64,000 nt of DNA from Curvibacter sp. Lineage in GTDB: Bacteria > Pseudomonadota > Gammaproteobacteria > Burkholderiales > Burkholderiaceae_C. Position numbers and translations under genes: made by a program. This document shows positions 19,914-28,633 of the stretch, in pieces. Location: assembly GCA_031426755.1 (NCBI GenBank), contig JASJPI010000003.1, positions 101,011 to 165,010 on the forward strand, written 5' to 3'. Numbering within the stretch: position 1 is the stretch's first letter; the number at the start of each line of letters is the position of its first letter. Below the pieces are notes generated by a model. That model was not told where the DNA came from. It saw nothing but the letters and a program-made list of their open reading frames with translations, and did no database searches.

Positions 19914-20007
19914 AACACCCCCAGGCTGCGCGCACTGCGTGTCGCTACGCCCCCCCCCTTGCAGGGGGCAACGCCAGCGGCCTGGCAAAGCCAGTTCCGC
20001 GGCGTTC
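19914..20007 (+). repeat. Intergenic C-run/G-run hairpin repeat, copy A (subfamily 1)
   Basis: AACACCCCCAGGCTGCGCGCACTGCGTGTCGCTACGCCCCCCCCTTGCAGGGGGCAACGCCAGCGGCCTGGCAAAGCCAGTTCCGCGGCGTTC. It starts 2 nt after the era TAG. Near-identical copies lie at 60119 and at 30832/30941. Confidence 0.75.
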
Positions 20008-20043
20008 GCTGGTAAGCGCCTCTGGCGTTCGGAGTACCGGGCG

Positions 20044-20793
20044 ATGGCGACCAAGCGCATCAGTGACGAACCGGCCTTTGTGCTGCACCGCTACGACTGG
20101 AGCGAGTCCAGCCTGATCCTGGATGTGTTCACGCGCCATCACGGTCGCATTGCCTTGGTGGCCAAGGGGGCCAAGCGGCCGAGTTCCAGTTTCCGTCCGG
20201 TTTTGCTGCCGCTGCAGCCCTTGCAACTGGCCTTCGGCGGTGACGCCGAGGTCCGTACCCTCAAGAGTGCCGAGTGGATGGGCGGGCATGTCATGCCCAC
20301 CGGCGAAGCGCTGCTGTCGGGCTACTACCTCAACGAATTGCTGATGCAACTGCTGGCGCGCGAGGACCCGCATCCCGCGCTGTTCGACGTTTACACCAAC
20401 GTGGTGCGCGTGCTGGCCTCCGAGCACGACGAGGTGCTGCAGGCGGCACTGCGCACCTTCGAATTGCTCTTGCTGCGCGAGATCGGTTTTCTGCCGCAAC
20501 TCGACCACCAGACGCTGACCCTGGCGCCGCTGGACGACGCAACCCGCTATAGCCTGGTGCCTGAGGGTGGCCTGCGCAGTTGCAACGAGGCTGACCGTGC
20601 CAGCCTGAGCGGCGCCCAGTGGCGTGCCTTGCAGCTGGCGCTGGCGGCGGACACGCCTTTCACCGATACGCTGCGTGCCAGCGCCGCGGTGATGAGCGAA
20701 CTTAAGCCGCAACTGCGCACGCTGCTCAATTACCATTGCGGGGTCTCGACACTGCGCACCCGGCAGATGATGGTCGATCTCCAATCGTTATAG
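20044..20793 (+). CDS. recO: DNA repair protein RecO
   Basis: [45 protein letters not shown] is a typical RecO N-terminal OB fold. ATG 20044 is chosen because the upstream part of the 19939 ORF is repeat sequence. Confidence 0.9.
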   Translation: MATKRISDEPAFVLHRYDWSESSLILDVFTRHHGRIALVAKGAKRPSSSFRPVLLPLQPLQLAFGGDAEVRTLKSAEWMGGHVMPTGEALLSGYYLNELLMQLLAREDPHPALFDVYTNVVRVLASEHDEVLQAALRTFELLLLREIGFLPQLDHQTLTLAPLDDATRYSLVPEGGLRSCNEADRASLSGAQWRALQLALAADTPFTDTLRASAAVMSELKPQLRTLLNYHCGVSTLRTRQMMVDLQSL

Positions 20794-20799
20794 AAATAT

Positions 20800-20907
20800 G
20801 GCCCCCACGCTCTTCACTTCGTGTAATTCGCTGCCCCCCGAGGGGGTGCGTTTTACCTTTCGGTGCTGGCCGCCAAGCGGTCCAGAGGCTTTGGGACGGC
20901 CCGGCAG
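20800..20907 (+). repeat. Intergenic C-run/G-run hairpin repeat, copy E (subfamily 2)
   Basis: GGCCCCCACGCTCTTCACTTCGTGTAATTCGCTGCCCCCCGAGGGGGTGCG...GGGACGGCCCGGCAGC. It starts 7 nt after the recO TAG and ends 6 nt before the pdxJ ATG. Confidence 0.6.
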
Positions 20908-20913
20908 CAAAAC

Positions 20914-21660
20914 ATGACCAAGACCGCGCTTTCCGTCAACGTCAACAAGGTCGCCCTGGTGCGCAACACGCGCCATCTGGGTATCCCCAGCGTCACGCGC
21001 GCTGCCACCCAGTGCCTGCAGGCTGGTGCGCATGGCATCACGGTGCATCCGCGGCCGGACGAGCGCCACATCCGTGCGCAGGACGTGTTCGATCTGGCGA
21101 CGTTGATGCAGGACTGGCCGGGGCGCGAGTTCAACATCGAAGGCAATCCCTTCCACAACCTGATGGACTTCATCCGCCAGGTACGGCCGCAGCAGGCCAC
21201 TTTTGTGCCCGACAGCGAGGGCCAGTTCACCAGTGACCACGGCTGGAGCTTTCCCCAGGATGCCGAGCGGCTGCGCCCGCTGATCGCCGAATGCCGCGCC
21301 CTGGGCGTGCGGGTCAGCCTGTTCATGGACCCGACGCCTGAGCAGATGGCACTGGCCCGTGCCGCCGGCGCCGACCGTGTCGAGCTCTACACCGAACCCT
21401 ATGCCGCAGCCTGGGGCCACGCCAGCCAGGCCGTGCAGCTGCAACGTTATGCGGCGGCAGCGCAGGCCGCGCTCGATGCCGGCCTGGGGGTGAACGCCGG
21501 CCATGACCTGAACCGTGACAACCTGAGCGAATTCCTGCGCCAGGTGCCGGGCGTAGCCGAGGTGTCGATCGGCCATGCGCTGATCGCTGATGCGCTGGAG
21601 TTGGGTTACCGCGCCACGGTGCAGGACTACCTGCGGTGCATCGCGGAAGCTGCCAGATGA
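20914..21660 (+). CDS. pdxJ: Pyridoxine 5'-phosphate synthase
   Basis: [35 protein letters not shown] and [12 protein letters not shown] are PdxJ hallmarks. Confidence 0.95.
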   Translation: MTKTALSVNVNKVALVRNTRHLGIPSVTRAATQCLQAGAHGITVHPRPDERHIRAQDVFDLATLMQDWPGREFNIEGNPFHNLMDFIRQVRPQQATFVPDSEGQFTSDHGWSFPQDAERLRPLIAECRALGVRVSLFMDPTPEQMALARAAGADRVELYTEPYAAAWGHASQAVQLQRYAAAAQAALDAGLGVNAGHDLNRDNLSEFLRQVPGVAEVSIGHALIADALELGYRATVQDYLRCIAEAAR

Positions 21661-22049
21661 TCTACGGCATCGGCACCGATATCTGCGATGTACGGCGCAT
21701 CCGCGCCAGTCTGGCACGCCACGGTGATCGTTTTGCGGAAAAGGTGCTGAGCGAGGCTGAGCTGGCGACGTGGCGTGAGCGCAGCACACGCTGGCCCGAG
21801 CGCGGCATCCGTTACCTGGCCACACGTTTTTCCGCCAAGGAGGCTTTCTCCAAGGCGGTCGGTCTGGGCATGCGCATGCCCATGACCTGGCGCTCATGTG
21901 AAATCAGCAAGCTGCCCAGTGGCCAGCCGGTCATCGTGCTGCACGGCGAGCTCAAGACCTGGTTCGAGGTCCGGGGGCTGAGCGCCCAGGTCAGCGTGAC
22001 CGACGAGTCCGACTATGCGGCCAGCTTCGTGGTGGTCGAGAAAAACTGA
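21657..22049 (+). CDS. acpS: Holo-ACP synthase
   Basis: [15 protein letters not shown]...[14 protein letters not shown] overlap with the pdxJ stop. Confidence 0.9.
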   Translation: MIYGIGTDICDVRRIRASLARHGDRFAEKVLSEAELATWRERSTRWPERGIRYLATRFSAKEAFSKAVGLGMRMPMTWRSCEISKLPSGQPVIVLHGELKTWFEVRGLSAQVSVTDESDYAASFVVVEKN

Positions 22050-22112
22050 GCCGATCCCTTCATAAATCAGCGCAAGCAGCTATCAAATCAATAGCACTCT
22101 AGGAATTTCACC

Positions 22113-23165
22113 ATGCACGCACCCCTGATCATCGACATCGCCGGCCTGAGCCTGAGCAAGGCGGATCGCCGCCGTCTGAAGCACCCGCTGGTCGGCGGCA
22201 TCATCCTGTTCGCCCGCAACTGGCAGGACCGCGCACAGCTGGCCAGCCTGTGCCGCGACATCAAGAAAATTCGCCGGGATCTGCTGATCTGCGTCGATCA
22301 CGAAGGTGGCCGTGTGCAGCGCTTCAGGACCGATGGTTTCACCCATCTGCCGCCCATGCGCGCCCTGGGTGAACAGTGGCTCAAGACCCCGATGGAAGCC
22401 ACCAATGCCGCCACTGCCTGCGGCTACGTGCTGGCCGCCGAATTGCGTGCCTGCGGCGTGGATTTCAGCTTCACGCCGGTGCTCGACCTCGATTTTGGCG
22501 AGAGCAGCGTGATTGGCGATCGTTCGTTTGCGCGCGATCCGCGCGTGGCGACCCTGCTGGCCAAGAGCCTGATGCACGGCCTGCGGCTGGCGGGCATGGC
22601 CAGCTGCGGCAAGCATTTCCCCGGCCACGGATTCGTCAAGGCCGATTCGCACACCGACATCCCGATCGACCGACGCAGCCTCAAGGCCATCCTGGCCGAC
22701 GACGCTGCGCCTTACGGCTGGCTCAACACGGTGCTCGACAGCGTGATGCCGGCGCATGTAATCTACCCCAAGGTCGATGCGCGGCCTGCCGGTTTCTCGT
22801 CCACCTGGCTGGGCGACATTTTGCGTGGCCGCCTGCGCTTCGGCGGCGCGGTCTTCAGCGACGACCTCAGCATGGCCGGCGCGCGCCTGATCGATGGGCA
22901 CGAGGTCAGCTACACCGAGGCGGCGGTGACGGCGCTCAACGCGGGCTGCGACATGGTGCTGCTGTGCAACCAGTCCATCGGCAAAGGTGAGGCGGTGGAC
23001 GAGTTGATCGACGGTCTGAGCGAAGCGCAACTCAAGGGCCGCTGGCAGCTCGACGAGGCCAGCGAAGCGCGCCGTCTGGCCCTGTTGCCGGCCACGGCAA
23101 TGCCGGATTGGGATGACCTGATGGTGAGCCCGGCCTACATGCATGCGCTGGACCTGATTCCCTGA
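22113..23165 (+). CDS. nagZ: Beta-N-acetylhexosaminidase NagZ (GH3)
   Basis: 350 aa. GGIILFARN, VDHEGGRVQRF, KHFPGHG and SDDLSM motifs of GH3 NagZ. Confidence 0.9.
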   Translation: MHAPLIIDIAGLSLSKADRRRLKHPLVGGIILFARNWQDRAQLASLCRDIKKIRRDLLICVDHEGGRVQRFRTDGFTHLPPMRALGEQWLKTPMEATNAATACGYVLAAELRACGVDFSFTPVLDLDFGESSVIGDRSFARDPRVATLLAKSLMHGLRLAGMASCGKHFPGHGFVKADSHTDIPIDRRSLKAILADDAAPYGWLNTVLDSVMPAHVIYPKVDARPAGFSSTWLGDILRGRLRFGGAVFSDDLSMAGARLIDGHEVSYTEAAVTALNAGCDMVLLCNQSIGKGEAVDELIDGLSEAQLKGRWQLDEASEARRLALLPATAMPDWDDLMVSPAYMHALDLIP

Positions 23166-23274
23166 GCTTCTTTTGACACCCCGGTTGTCACGAAACTGAA
23201 ACGCTGCGGTCATAAACTTTTTCTCGATCACACACGACGGTCACGCGAGTGACCTCACACATCGAGGAAATTGA

Positions 23275-24861
23275 ATGACAAGACTAAGGCTCACGCTGGT
23301 GCAGCGGATTGCCATGACGATTGCGCTGTTGGTCGGCGTGTTTCTGCTGGTGGGGGGCTTCACTGCCTGGGAGGTACGAGGCATCCAGACCCAGGCCCAT
23401 CAGACCGTGAATGAAGACCTGGCGCAACTGGTGCGCATGGCGGCCATCCAGGAAAACCTGCTCAAGGTCCGGCGCGCCGAGAAAGACATTTCCATCGACC
23501 TGCTGATGAAGATGGAACGCGTGCCCCAGCGCATGGCGGAATGGAAAAAGCACGCGAGCGAGGTGGCCATGCTGCTCGGCGCGGCCATTGCGGCCGAAAC
23601 GGACCCGACCCTGCAGCAGATGCTGAAAGACGGCCTGGTGCAGCAGAACCGCTACGCGGCCCAGGTCGGTGCCAGCATTGCCAAGATCGAGAGCAAGGAA
23701 ATCCTGGACCAGGCGGTGTTCGAGGAGGAAATCCAGCAGCCGGTGCAGTCGGCCCTGGCGGCCGAGGTCCAGATCAGCCGTGCCATGGACCAGAACCGCC
23801 AGCATACCCACCGTGGCGGCGAAGCGGTCAACGCGGCCGTCAACCAGCTGACCTGGATCGTGGCCCTGGGCATGCTGTTTGCCACGGGCAGCGGACTGGC
23901 GCTGGGCACCATGCTGCTGGCGCGCATCCGCCAGCCGTTGGCCCAACTCACCGATGGCATCACCCGCGTCAAGGCGGGCGACCTGTCGCTGGCGGTGGCC
24001 GTGCAGTCGGAGGATGAACTCGGACGCATGTCGAACAACTTCAATGCCATGGTCGGCTCGCTGCAGTCCATGGTGCTGGAGGTGCGGTTGGCCGCCGACA
24101 GCATCAACGGGGCGAGTGCACAGATCGCCAGCGGCAACCTCGATCTGAGCAACCGCACCGAGCAGGCCGCAGCCAGCCTGCAGCAGGCGGCGGCATCGCT
24201 CGATGCGCTGACTGGCACCGTGCGCAAGATGGCCGAGTCGGCCCATGCGGCCAGCAACATCGCCAGTTCGGCCGCCAGCTCGGCCGGCCAGGGCGGCGAG
24301 CTGGTGCAGCAGGTGGTGCGCAGCATGGCCGGCATCCAGGCCTCTAGCAGCCGCATTGCCGACATCACGGCCGTGATTGACAGCATCGCTTTCCAGACCA
24401 ACATCCTGGCGCTCAACGCCGCGGTGGAGGCGGCACGGGCCGGCGAGCAGGGGCGCGGCTTTGCGGTGGTGGCCGGCGAGGTGCGCGGTCTGGCGCAGCG
24501 CTCGGCCGAAGCCGCACGCGAAATCAAGACGCTGATCGAGGCCAGCCGCGACGAGGTGGCAGCCGGCTCGCGCTTGGTGGAGGACGCCGGCGGTGCCATG
24601 GCGCAGATCGTGCGCCAGGTGGCGGAAGTCAGCCACATGATCCAGGCCATCACCCAGGATGCGAGCGAGCAGTCCAGCGAGATCGGTGGCGTCAACCAGT
24701 CGATGGGCCAGCTCGAGCAGATGACGCAGCAGAACGCCGCGCTGGTGGAGCAGGCCGCCGCCGCTTCCGCCAGTCTGAAGGAGCAGGCCGACCGCATGGC
24801 CGGCGCCATGCGCCTGTTCGTGGTCAGCCGGGATCGCCAGACCTTGCTGCTGCCGGCCTGA
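23275..24861 (+). CDS. Methyl-accepting chemotaxis protein
   Basis: 528 aa. N-terminal TM, periplasmic helical sensor, second TM, HAMP, and the highly conserved signalling hairpin IAFQTNILALNAAVEAARAGEQGRGFAVVAGEVRGLAQRS. Confidence 0.9.
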   Translation: MTRLRLTLVQRIAMTIALLVGVFLLVGGFTAWEVRGIQTQAHQTVNEDLAQLVRMAAIQENLLKVRRAEKDISIDLLMKMERVPQRMAEWKKHASEVAMLLGAAIAAETDPTLQQMLKDGLVQQNRYAAQVGASIAKIESKEILDQAVFEEEIQQPVQSALAAEVQISRAMDQNRQHTHRGGEAVNAAVNQLTWIVALGMLFATGSGLALGTMLLARIRQPLAQLTDGITRVKAGDLSLAVAVQSEDELGRMSNNFNAMVGSLQSMVLEVRLAADSINGASAQIASGNLDLSNRTEQAAASLQQAAASLDALTGTVRKMAESAHAASNIASSAASSAGQGGELVQQVVRSMAGIQASSSRIADITAVIDSIAFQTNILALNAAVEAARAGEQGRGFAVVAGEVRGLAQRSAEAAREIKTLIEASRDEVAAGSRLVEDAGGAMAQIVRQVAEVSHMIQAITQDASEQSSEIGGVNQSMGQLEQMTQQNAALVEQAAAASASLKEQADRMAGAMRLFVVSRDRQTLLLPA

Positions 24862-24901
24862 GCCGGCGCTAAACTGGCGGCCTCTTCGAACGAGGCCTGC
24901 C

Positions 24902-25237
24902 ATGACATCCGCGTCTTTCGCCCGATTGCCCCCAACGCCGTACTATGCCGTGATCTTCTCCTCGCGACGCAGCGACGATGGCCAAGGCTACGAGCAGATG
25001 GCCGAGCGCATGGCGGCACTGGCCGCTGGCCAGCCCGGCTTTCTGGGCGCCGAGAGTGCGCGTGGCGCAGACGGTTTTGGCATCACGGTGTCCTACTGGG
25101 CAAGCGAAGCAGCGATCGCCGCCTGGCGTGCCCATGCCGAGCATCGCATGGCGCAGGAAAACGGCAAGGCGAACTGGTACGCGCATTACGAAGTCCGCGT
25201 CGCGCGCGTCGAGCGCGCCTACGGCAAGAGGGCCTGA
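24902..25237 (+). CDS. Antibiotic-biosynthesis-monooxygenase (ABM) domain protein
   Basis: 111 aa. YYAVIFSS...GFLGAES...ITVSYWASEAAIAAWRAHAEH is a typical ABM ferredoxin-like fold pattern. Confidence 0.65.
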   Translation: MTSASFARLPPTPYYAVIFSSRRSDDGQGYEQMAERMAALAAGQPGFLGAESARGADGFGITVSYWASEAAIAAWRAHAEHRMAQENGKANWYAHYEVRVARVERAYGKRA

Positions 25238-25280
25238 AGTACCACTGCCGGGCTGACTGCCCCACCCCCGGGCAACTGGC

Positions 25281-25844
25281 TCAGCGCGCAGGCCAGACGG
25301 GTTGGCCGACACATTCCATCTGGGTCAGGTACAGACGCAGGTCGAATTCAAGCTGGTGGTAGTCGGGTTCCATGTAGGTGCAGAGCTGGTAGAAGGCCTT
25401 GTCGTGGGCCTTTTCCTTGAGGTGGGCTAGCTCGTGCACCACGATCATTCGCAGGAACTCGGGCGGCACGTTCCTGAACAGGGCCGCGACGCGGATTTCG
25501 CGCTTGGCCTTGAGTTTGGTGCCTTGCACGCGCGAGACACTGGTGTGCGTGCCCAGGGCATGGTGGACGACGTGCAGCTTGCTGTCAAAACAGACCTTGC
25601 TCAGCGGCTCGGCACCGCGCAGGTATTCGGCCTTGAGGTCCTGCACGTAGTCGAACAGCGCCTTGTCGCTGCGGATGTCGTGGGTGCCGGGGTATCTCTT
25701 GTGCAGCATCTCCCCCAGCCGCTCGCTGGCGAGGAGCTGCTGCACCTGCTCCCGTACCGCGGGTGGGTACCCGGTGAGGTAGCGAAGCGGGTTCCTGGGT
25801 TCCGGCAGAGATGAAGCCGCGCTGCTGGGCCTGGATGGTTTCAT
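25281..25844 (-). CDS. YgjP-like (DUF45 / M48-related) metal-dependent hydrolase
   Basis: 187 aa with the HExxH motif in VVHELAHLKEKAHDKAFY near the C-terminus, characteristic of the YgjP/DUF45 family. Confidence 0.7.
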   Translation of the reverse strand: MKPSRPSSAASSLPEPRNPLRYLTGYPPAVREQVQQLLASERLGEMLHKRYPGTHDIRSDKALFDYVQDLKAEYLRGAEPLSKVCFDSKLHVVHHALGTHTSVSRVQGTKLKAKREIRVAALFRNVPPEFLRMIVVHELAHLKEKAHDKAFYQLCTYMEPDYHQLEFDLRLYLTQMECVGQPVWPAR

Positions 25845-25994
25845 GGCTGCGTTAGTAATTTTTTAGGAATTTTCTAGCCAGTTCTTAAGAGACATGAGAC
25901 GACCGGATTCCTAGACTTCCGGCATGTTTCTGCTCGGGGCGAGCAGGGGCGAAGACCAGCCCGGCCATTCGGCCGGGCATCAAGGAAGTAGAAC

Positions 25995-26735
25995 ATGAAA
26001 ATTGACAACGACGAGATGGTGAGCGTGGCGTCCGCCGGCGGCACGGCGAACCGGGTGGATCTTTATGTCGGCATTCACAAGGCCATGCGGGCCTTGATGG
26101 CCGACCTGCTGGTGGCGGTGGGCAAGATGGATGCGGCCGACGATTCCGCCGTGGAGTGGACCGGCGCGCGGGTGCTGCAGTTCGCCGACTTCTGCACCTC
26201 GCACCTGACGCATGAGAACGAGTTCGTCCACACCGCGCTGGAGGCACGACTGCCCGGCGCCAGTGCACGCATCGCTGCCGAGCACATCGAGCACGAGCAG
26301 GCGATTGCGGCGCTCAAGGCCGCGGCCGGCCAGCTGCAAAAGAGCCAGGGGTCGCAGCGCGAGCAGGATGCGCTGGCGCTGTACCGCCAGCTGGCGCTGT
26401 TCATCGCCCACAATTTCGAGCACATGCAGGCTGAAGAGATCGAGCACAACCAGGCCTTGTGGGCGCACTACACCGACGAGGAACTGCTGGCGCTCCATGG
26501 CAGGCTGCTGGCCACCATTCCCCCAGAGGAGACCATGTTCGTGATGCGCTGGATGGTGCCGGCCATGGCGCCGGCCGAGCGCCTGCAGGTGCTGCAAGGC
26601 ATGCAGGCCCATGCACCGGCGCCCGCGTTTACCGCCGTGCTGGACGTGGTCAAGCCGCATCTGGGCACTGGCGAATGGGCCAAGCTGGCGCGTGGCCTGA
26701 AGCTGGCGCCGGTGCCGGGTCTGGTGCACTCCTGA
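25995..26735 (+). CDS. Hemerythrin-like (HHE cation-binding) domain protein
   Basis: 246 aa with repeated H/E ligand motifs: IHKAMR, HLTHENEFVH, EHIEHE and NFEHMQAEEIEHN. Confidence 0.7.
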   Translation: MKIDNDEMVSVASAGGTANRVDLYVGIHKAMRALMADLLVAVGKMDAADDSAVEWTGARVLQFADFCTSHLTHENEFVHTALEARLPGASARIAAEHIEHEQAIAALKAAAGQLQKSQGSQREQDALALYRQLALFIAHNFEHMQAEEIEHNQALWAHYTDEELLALHGRLLATIPPEETMFVMRWMVPAMAPAERLQVLQGMQAHAPAPAFTAVLDVVKPHLGTGEWAKLARGLKLAPVPGLVHS

Positions 26736-26756
26736 GGTCGCAACGGGCCGAGCAAC

Positions 26757-28103
26757 TCAGTCGGGCTCGGTGAGTTCGAGCCGGGCACCGACGCAGAGCT
26801 TGAACTGCCCGCGGCCGGTCTTCTCGAGCCGGATCGGCAGGTGCTGCTCCGCCAGCCGGCGTTCCAGCAGGATCAGCCGCGCTTCCAGGTTGTCCACCAC
26901 TTCGGGCAGGCCGATGCTGGCGTCCAGCCGCAGTTCGCGGTTGGAAAAATCGGTGCGGCCGCGTTGCTGATAGTCGTTCAGCAGCTTCCAGAAAATCGCG
27001 CCCGCCACGCCCTTGATCAGGTAGCTGTCGTTGAGAAAGATGCTGTTGTTGCTCCTGTAGCGGCGCACCTGCAGCAGGGCATCCGGCGCGGCACAGGTCG
27101 GCGCTGCGGGCGCCGCCGCGGTCGGTGTTGCCTCCTCGCCGTCCAGGCGCAGCAGGTCGATGGCAGCGCCCAGATGACCGGCGATCGTGACCAGCACGTC
27201 CTCGTCTTCGAAGCTGAAGCGCAGCTCCTCGGCGCTCTCGACGAACAGCACCCCCAGCAGCCGGCCGGCGCACAGGAGGGGCACCGCCATCTGGCTTTGC
27301 GGTTGTGCCAGCCCGGGGTAGGGGATGTCGGTGTCCAGGGCGATGCCGGGCTGGCTGTCTGCCAGCGTGCGGCGCACGGCATGGCTGTAGAGGCTGGCGC
27401 CGGTCATGTGGGTGATGCGGATCGGCGTCAGCGCCTGGGCGGCCATGCCGATGACGCCGCGGCCGAGTTCGATTTCCGAGCCGACGCCCGAGACGGCGTA
27501 ACCGTGGCTGGCCACCGTGTACAGGCGTTGCAGGGCCGGGTCGAGCAAGAGAACCATGGCGTGGCTGATCTGCAGCTCCTGGGCCAGCGTCGCCATCACG
27601 ATGTCCAGCGCCTCGTCCAGTGCCGTGCAGCGGGCGAGTTGCTCGCTGCAGCGGCGCATCTGTCCCAGCAGGCCGCAGCGCGGCGGCGGCGTCTCCAGGC
27701 TGTTGCCGGGCACGCGCTCGATGGTCAGGATCTCGTATAGGTCGGCGCCCTTGAGCTCGAACACTCCGGCCATGCCGCTGTGCGAGGCGATGCCGGCGAG
27801 CTGGGCTTTCATGCCCTCGAACAGCGCGCCTTCCGTCTGCGTGTGCAGGTAGCGGATTTGCAGCCGGTAGAAGGCGAAGGTCTGCGGGTGCAGTAGCAGC
27901 AGCGTGGCATGCGGGTTGGCCAGGATGTTCTGCCGCGTCTTGTTGAAGAACTGGAACGACAGCGCCACATGTCGGGCGTCAGCATAGTAGACCTGCGACA
28001 GGTAGGCCACGTTGGGCGTGCCATCCTGCGCACAGGTGGCGATCTGCGCCGGAATGATGCCTTCCAGGCAGGGCCGGATGTCGTCCAGTGTCAGCGTGTT
28101 CAT
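26757..28103 (-). CDS. Three-domain protein: split-barrel (PNPOx-like) + GAF + C-terminal winged-helix-like domain
   Basis: 448 aa. The N-terminus (IATCAQDGTPNVAYLSQV...FNKTRQNILANPHATLLLL) is like FMN-binding split-barrel proteins. The middle (VLLLDP...GRGVIGMAA...MAVPLLCAGRLLGVLFVES) is GAF-like. The C-terminus (IKGVAGAIFWKLL...FSNRELRL...NLEARLILLERRLAE...IRLEKTGRGQFKL) resembles an OmpR/PhoB-type winged helix. Confidence 0.65.
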   Translation of the reverse strand: MNTLTLDDIRPCLEGIIPAQIATCAQDGTPNVAYLSQVYYADARHVALSFQFFNKTRQNILANPHATLLLLHPQTFAFYRLQIRYLHTQTEGALFEGMKAQLAGIASHSGMAGVFELKGADLYEILTIERVPGNSLETPPPRCGLLGQMRRCSEQLARCTALDEALDIVMATLAQELQISHAMVLLLDPALQRLYTVASHGYAVSGVGSEIELGRGVIGMAAQALTPIRITHMTGASLYSHAVRRTLADSQPGIALDTDIPYPGLAQPQSQMAVPLLCAGRLLGVLFVESAEELRFSFEDEDVLVTIAGHLGAAIDLLRLDGEEATPTAAAPAAPTCAAPDALLQVRRYRSNNSIFLNDSYLIKGVAGAIFWKLLNDYQQRGRTDFSNRELRLDASIGLPEVVDNLEARLILLERRLAEQHLPIRLEKTGRGQFKLCVGARLELTEPD

Positions 28104-28633
28104 GCGCTGCCTCCGGCGAGCGGCAGGCAGGTGCCGGCCTTCGGTCCGGGCGTCTGGTCGAAGGCTTGTTCCGGACTGAACGAGACGGCTGCTACGTCGT
28201 TCAGCTGGTGGGCCAGCATGATGCGGGTGTAGTCCGAGCCGAAGCCGATGCGGCCGAGCTCGTGTTCCATGCTGGCCAAGTAGCGCGCCAAGATCGGCGC
28301 ATCGGCCGGGCCGGCCGCGCGCAACTCGATGCGGCAGGCCTTGACCTGTACTGCGCAGTGCGAAAACGGTTCGCTGAACACCACGGCAATCTGCCCGGTG
28401 GCCTGCAAATCGGCCAGCAACTGGACGCAGGCGGGGCGGTTCAGGTAGACCGTGATGTGGGCACCATCGGGGGTGATGGCGGCCCCCACGGCGCGCATCA
28501 GGCTGGGGCGTTGCGACGCATCGTGCGAGGCGACGATGGTCGACACCCCGCGGTCGATCATGGCAACATGCTCGGCGCTGAGCAAGCCCGGCCTGCCTGC
28601 TGTCGTGCCTGTCATGGGGTGTCTTTCATGCAA
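28100..28633 (-). CDS. Stand-alone split-barrel (pyridoxamine 5'-phosphate oxidase-like) protein
   Basis: 177 aa. LSAEHVAMIDRGVSTIVASHDASQRPSLMRAVG...IAVVFSEPFSHCAVQVKA is reminiscent of the PNPOx-like family. Its TGA overlaps the ATG of the downstream GAF gene (ATGA). Confidence 0.5.
   Translation of the reverse strand: MHERHPMTGTTAGRPGLLSAEHVAMIDRGVSTIVASHDASQRPSLMRAVGAAITPDGAHITVYLNRPACVQLLADLQATGQIAVVFSEPFSHCAVQVKACRIELRAAGPADAPILARYLASMEHELGRIGFGSDYTRIMLAHQLNDVAAVSFSPEQAFDQTPGPKAGTCLPLAGGSA

Noticed and set aside
24862-24901. Hairpin GGCCTC-TTCGAAC-GAGGCC after the MCP gene considered as a terminator
   Set aside because: No T-run follows it, and it directly abuts the ABM gene start. 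The evidence is insufficient to call a terminator.
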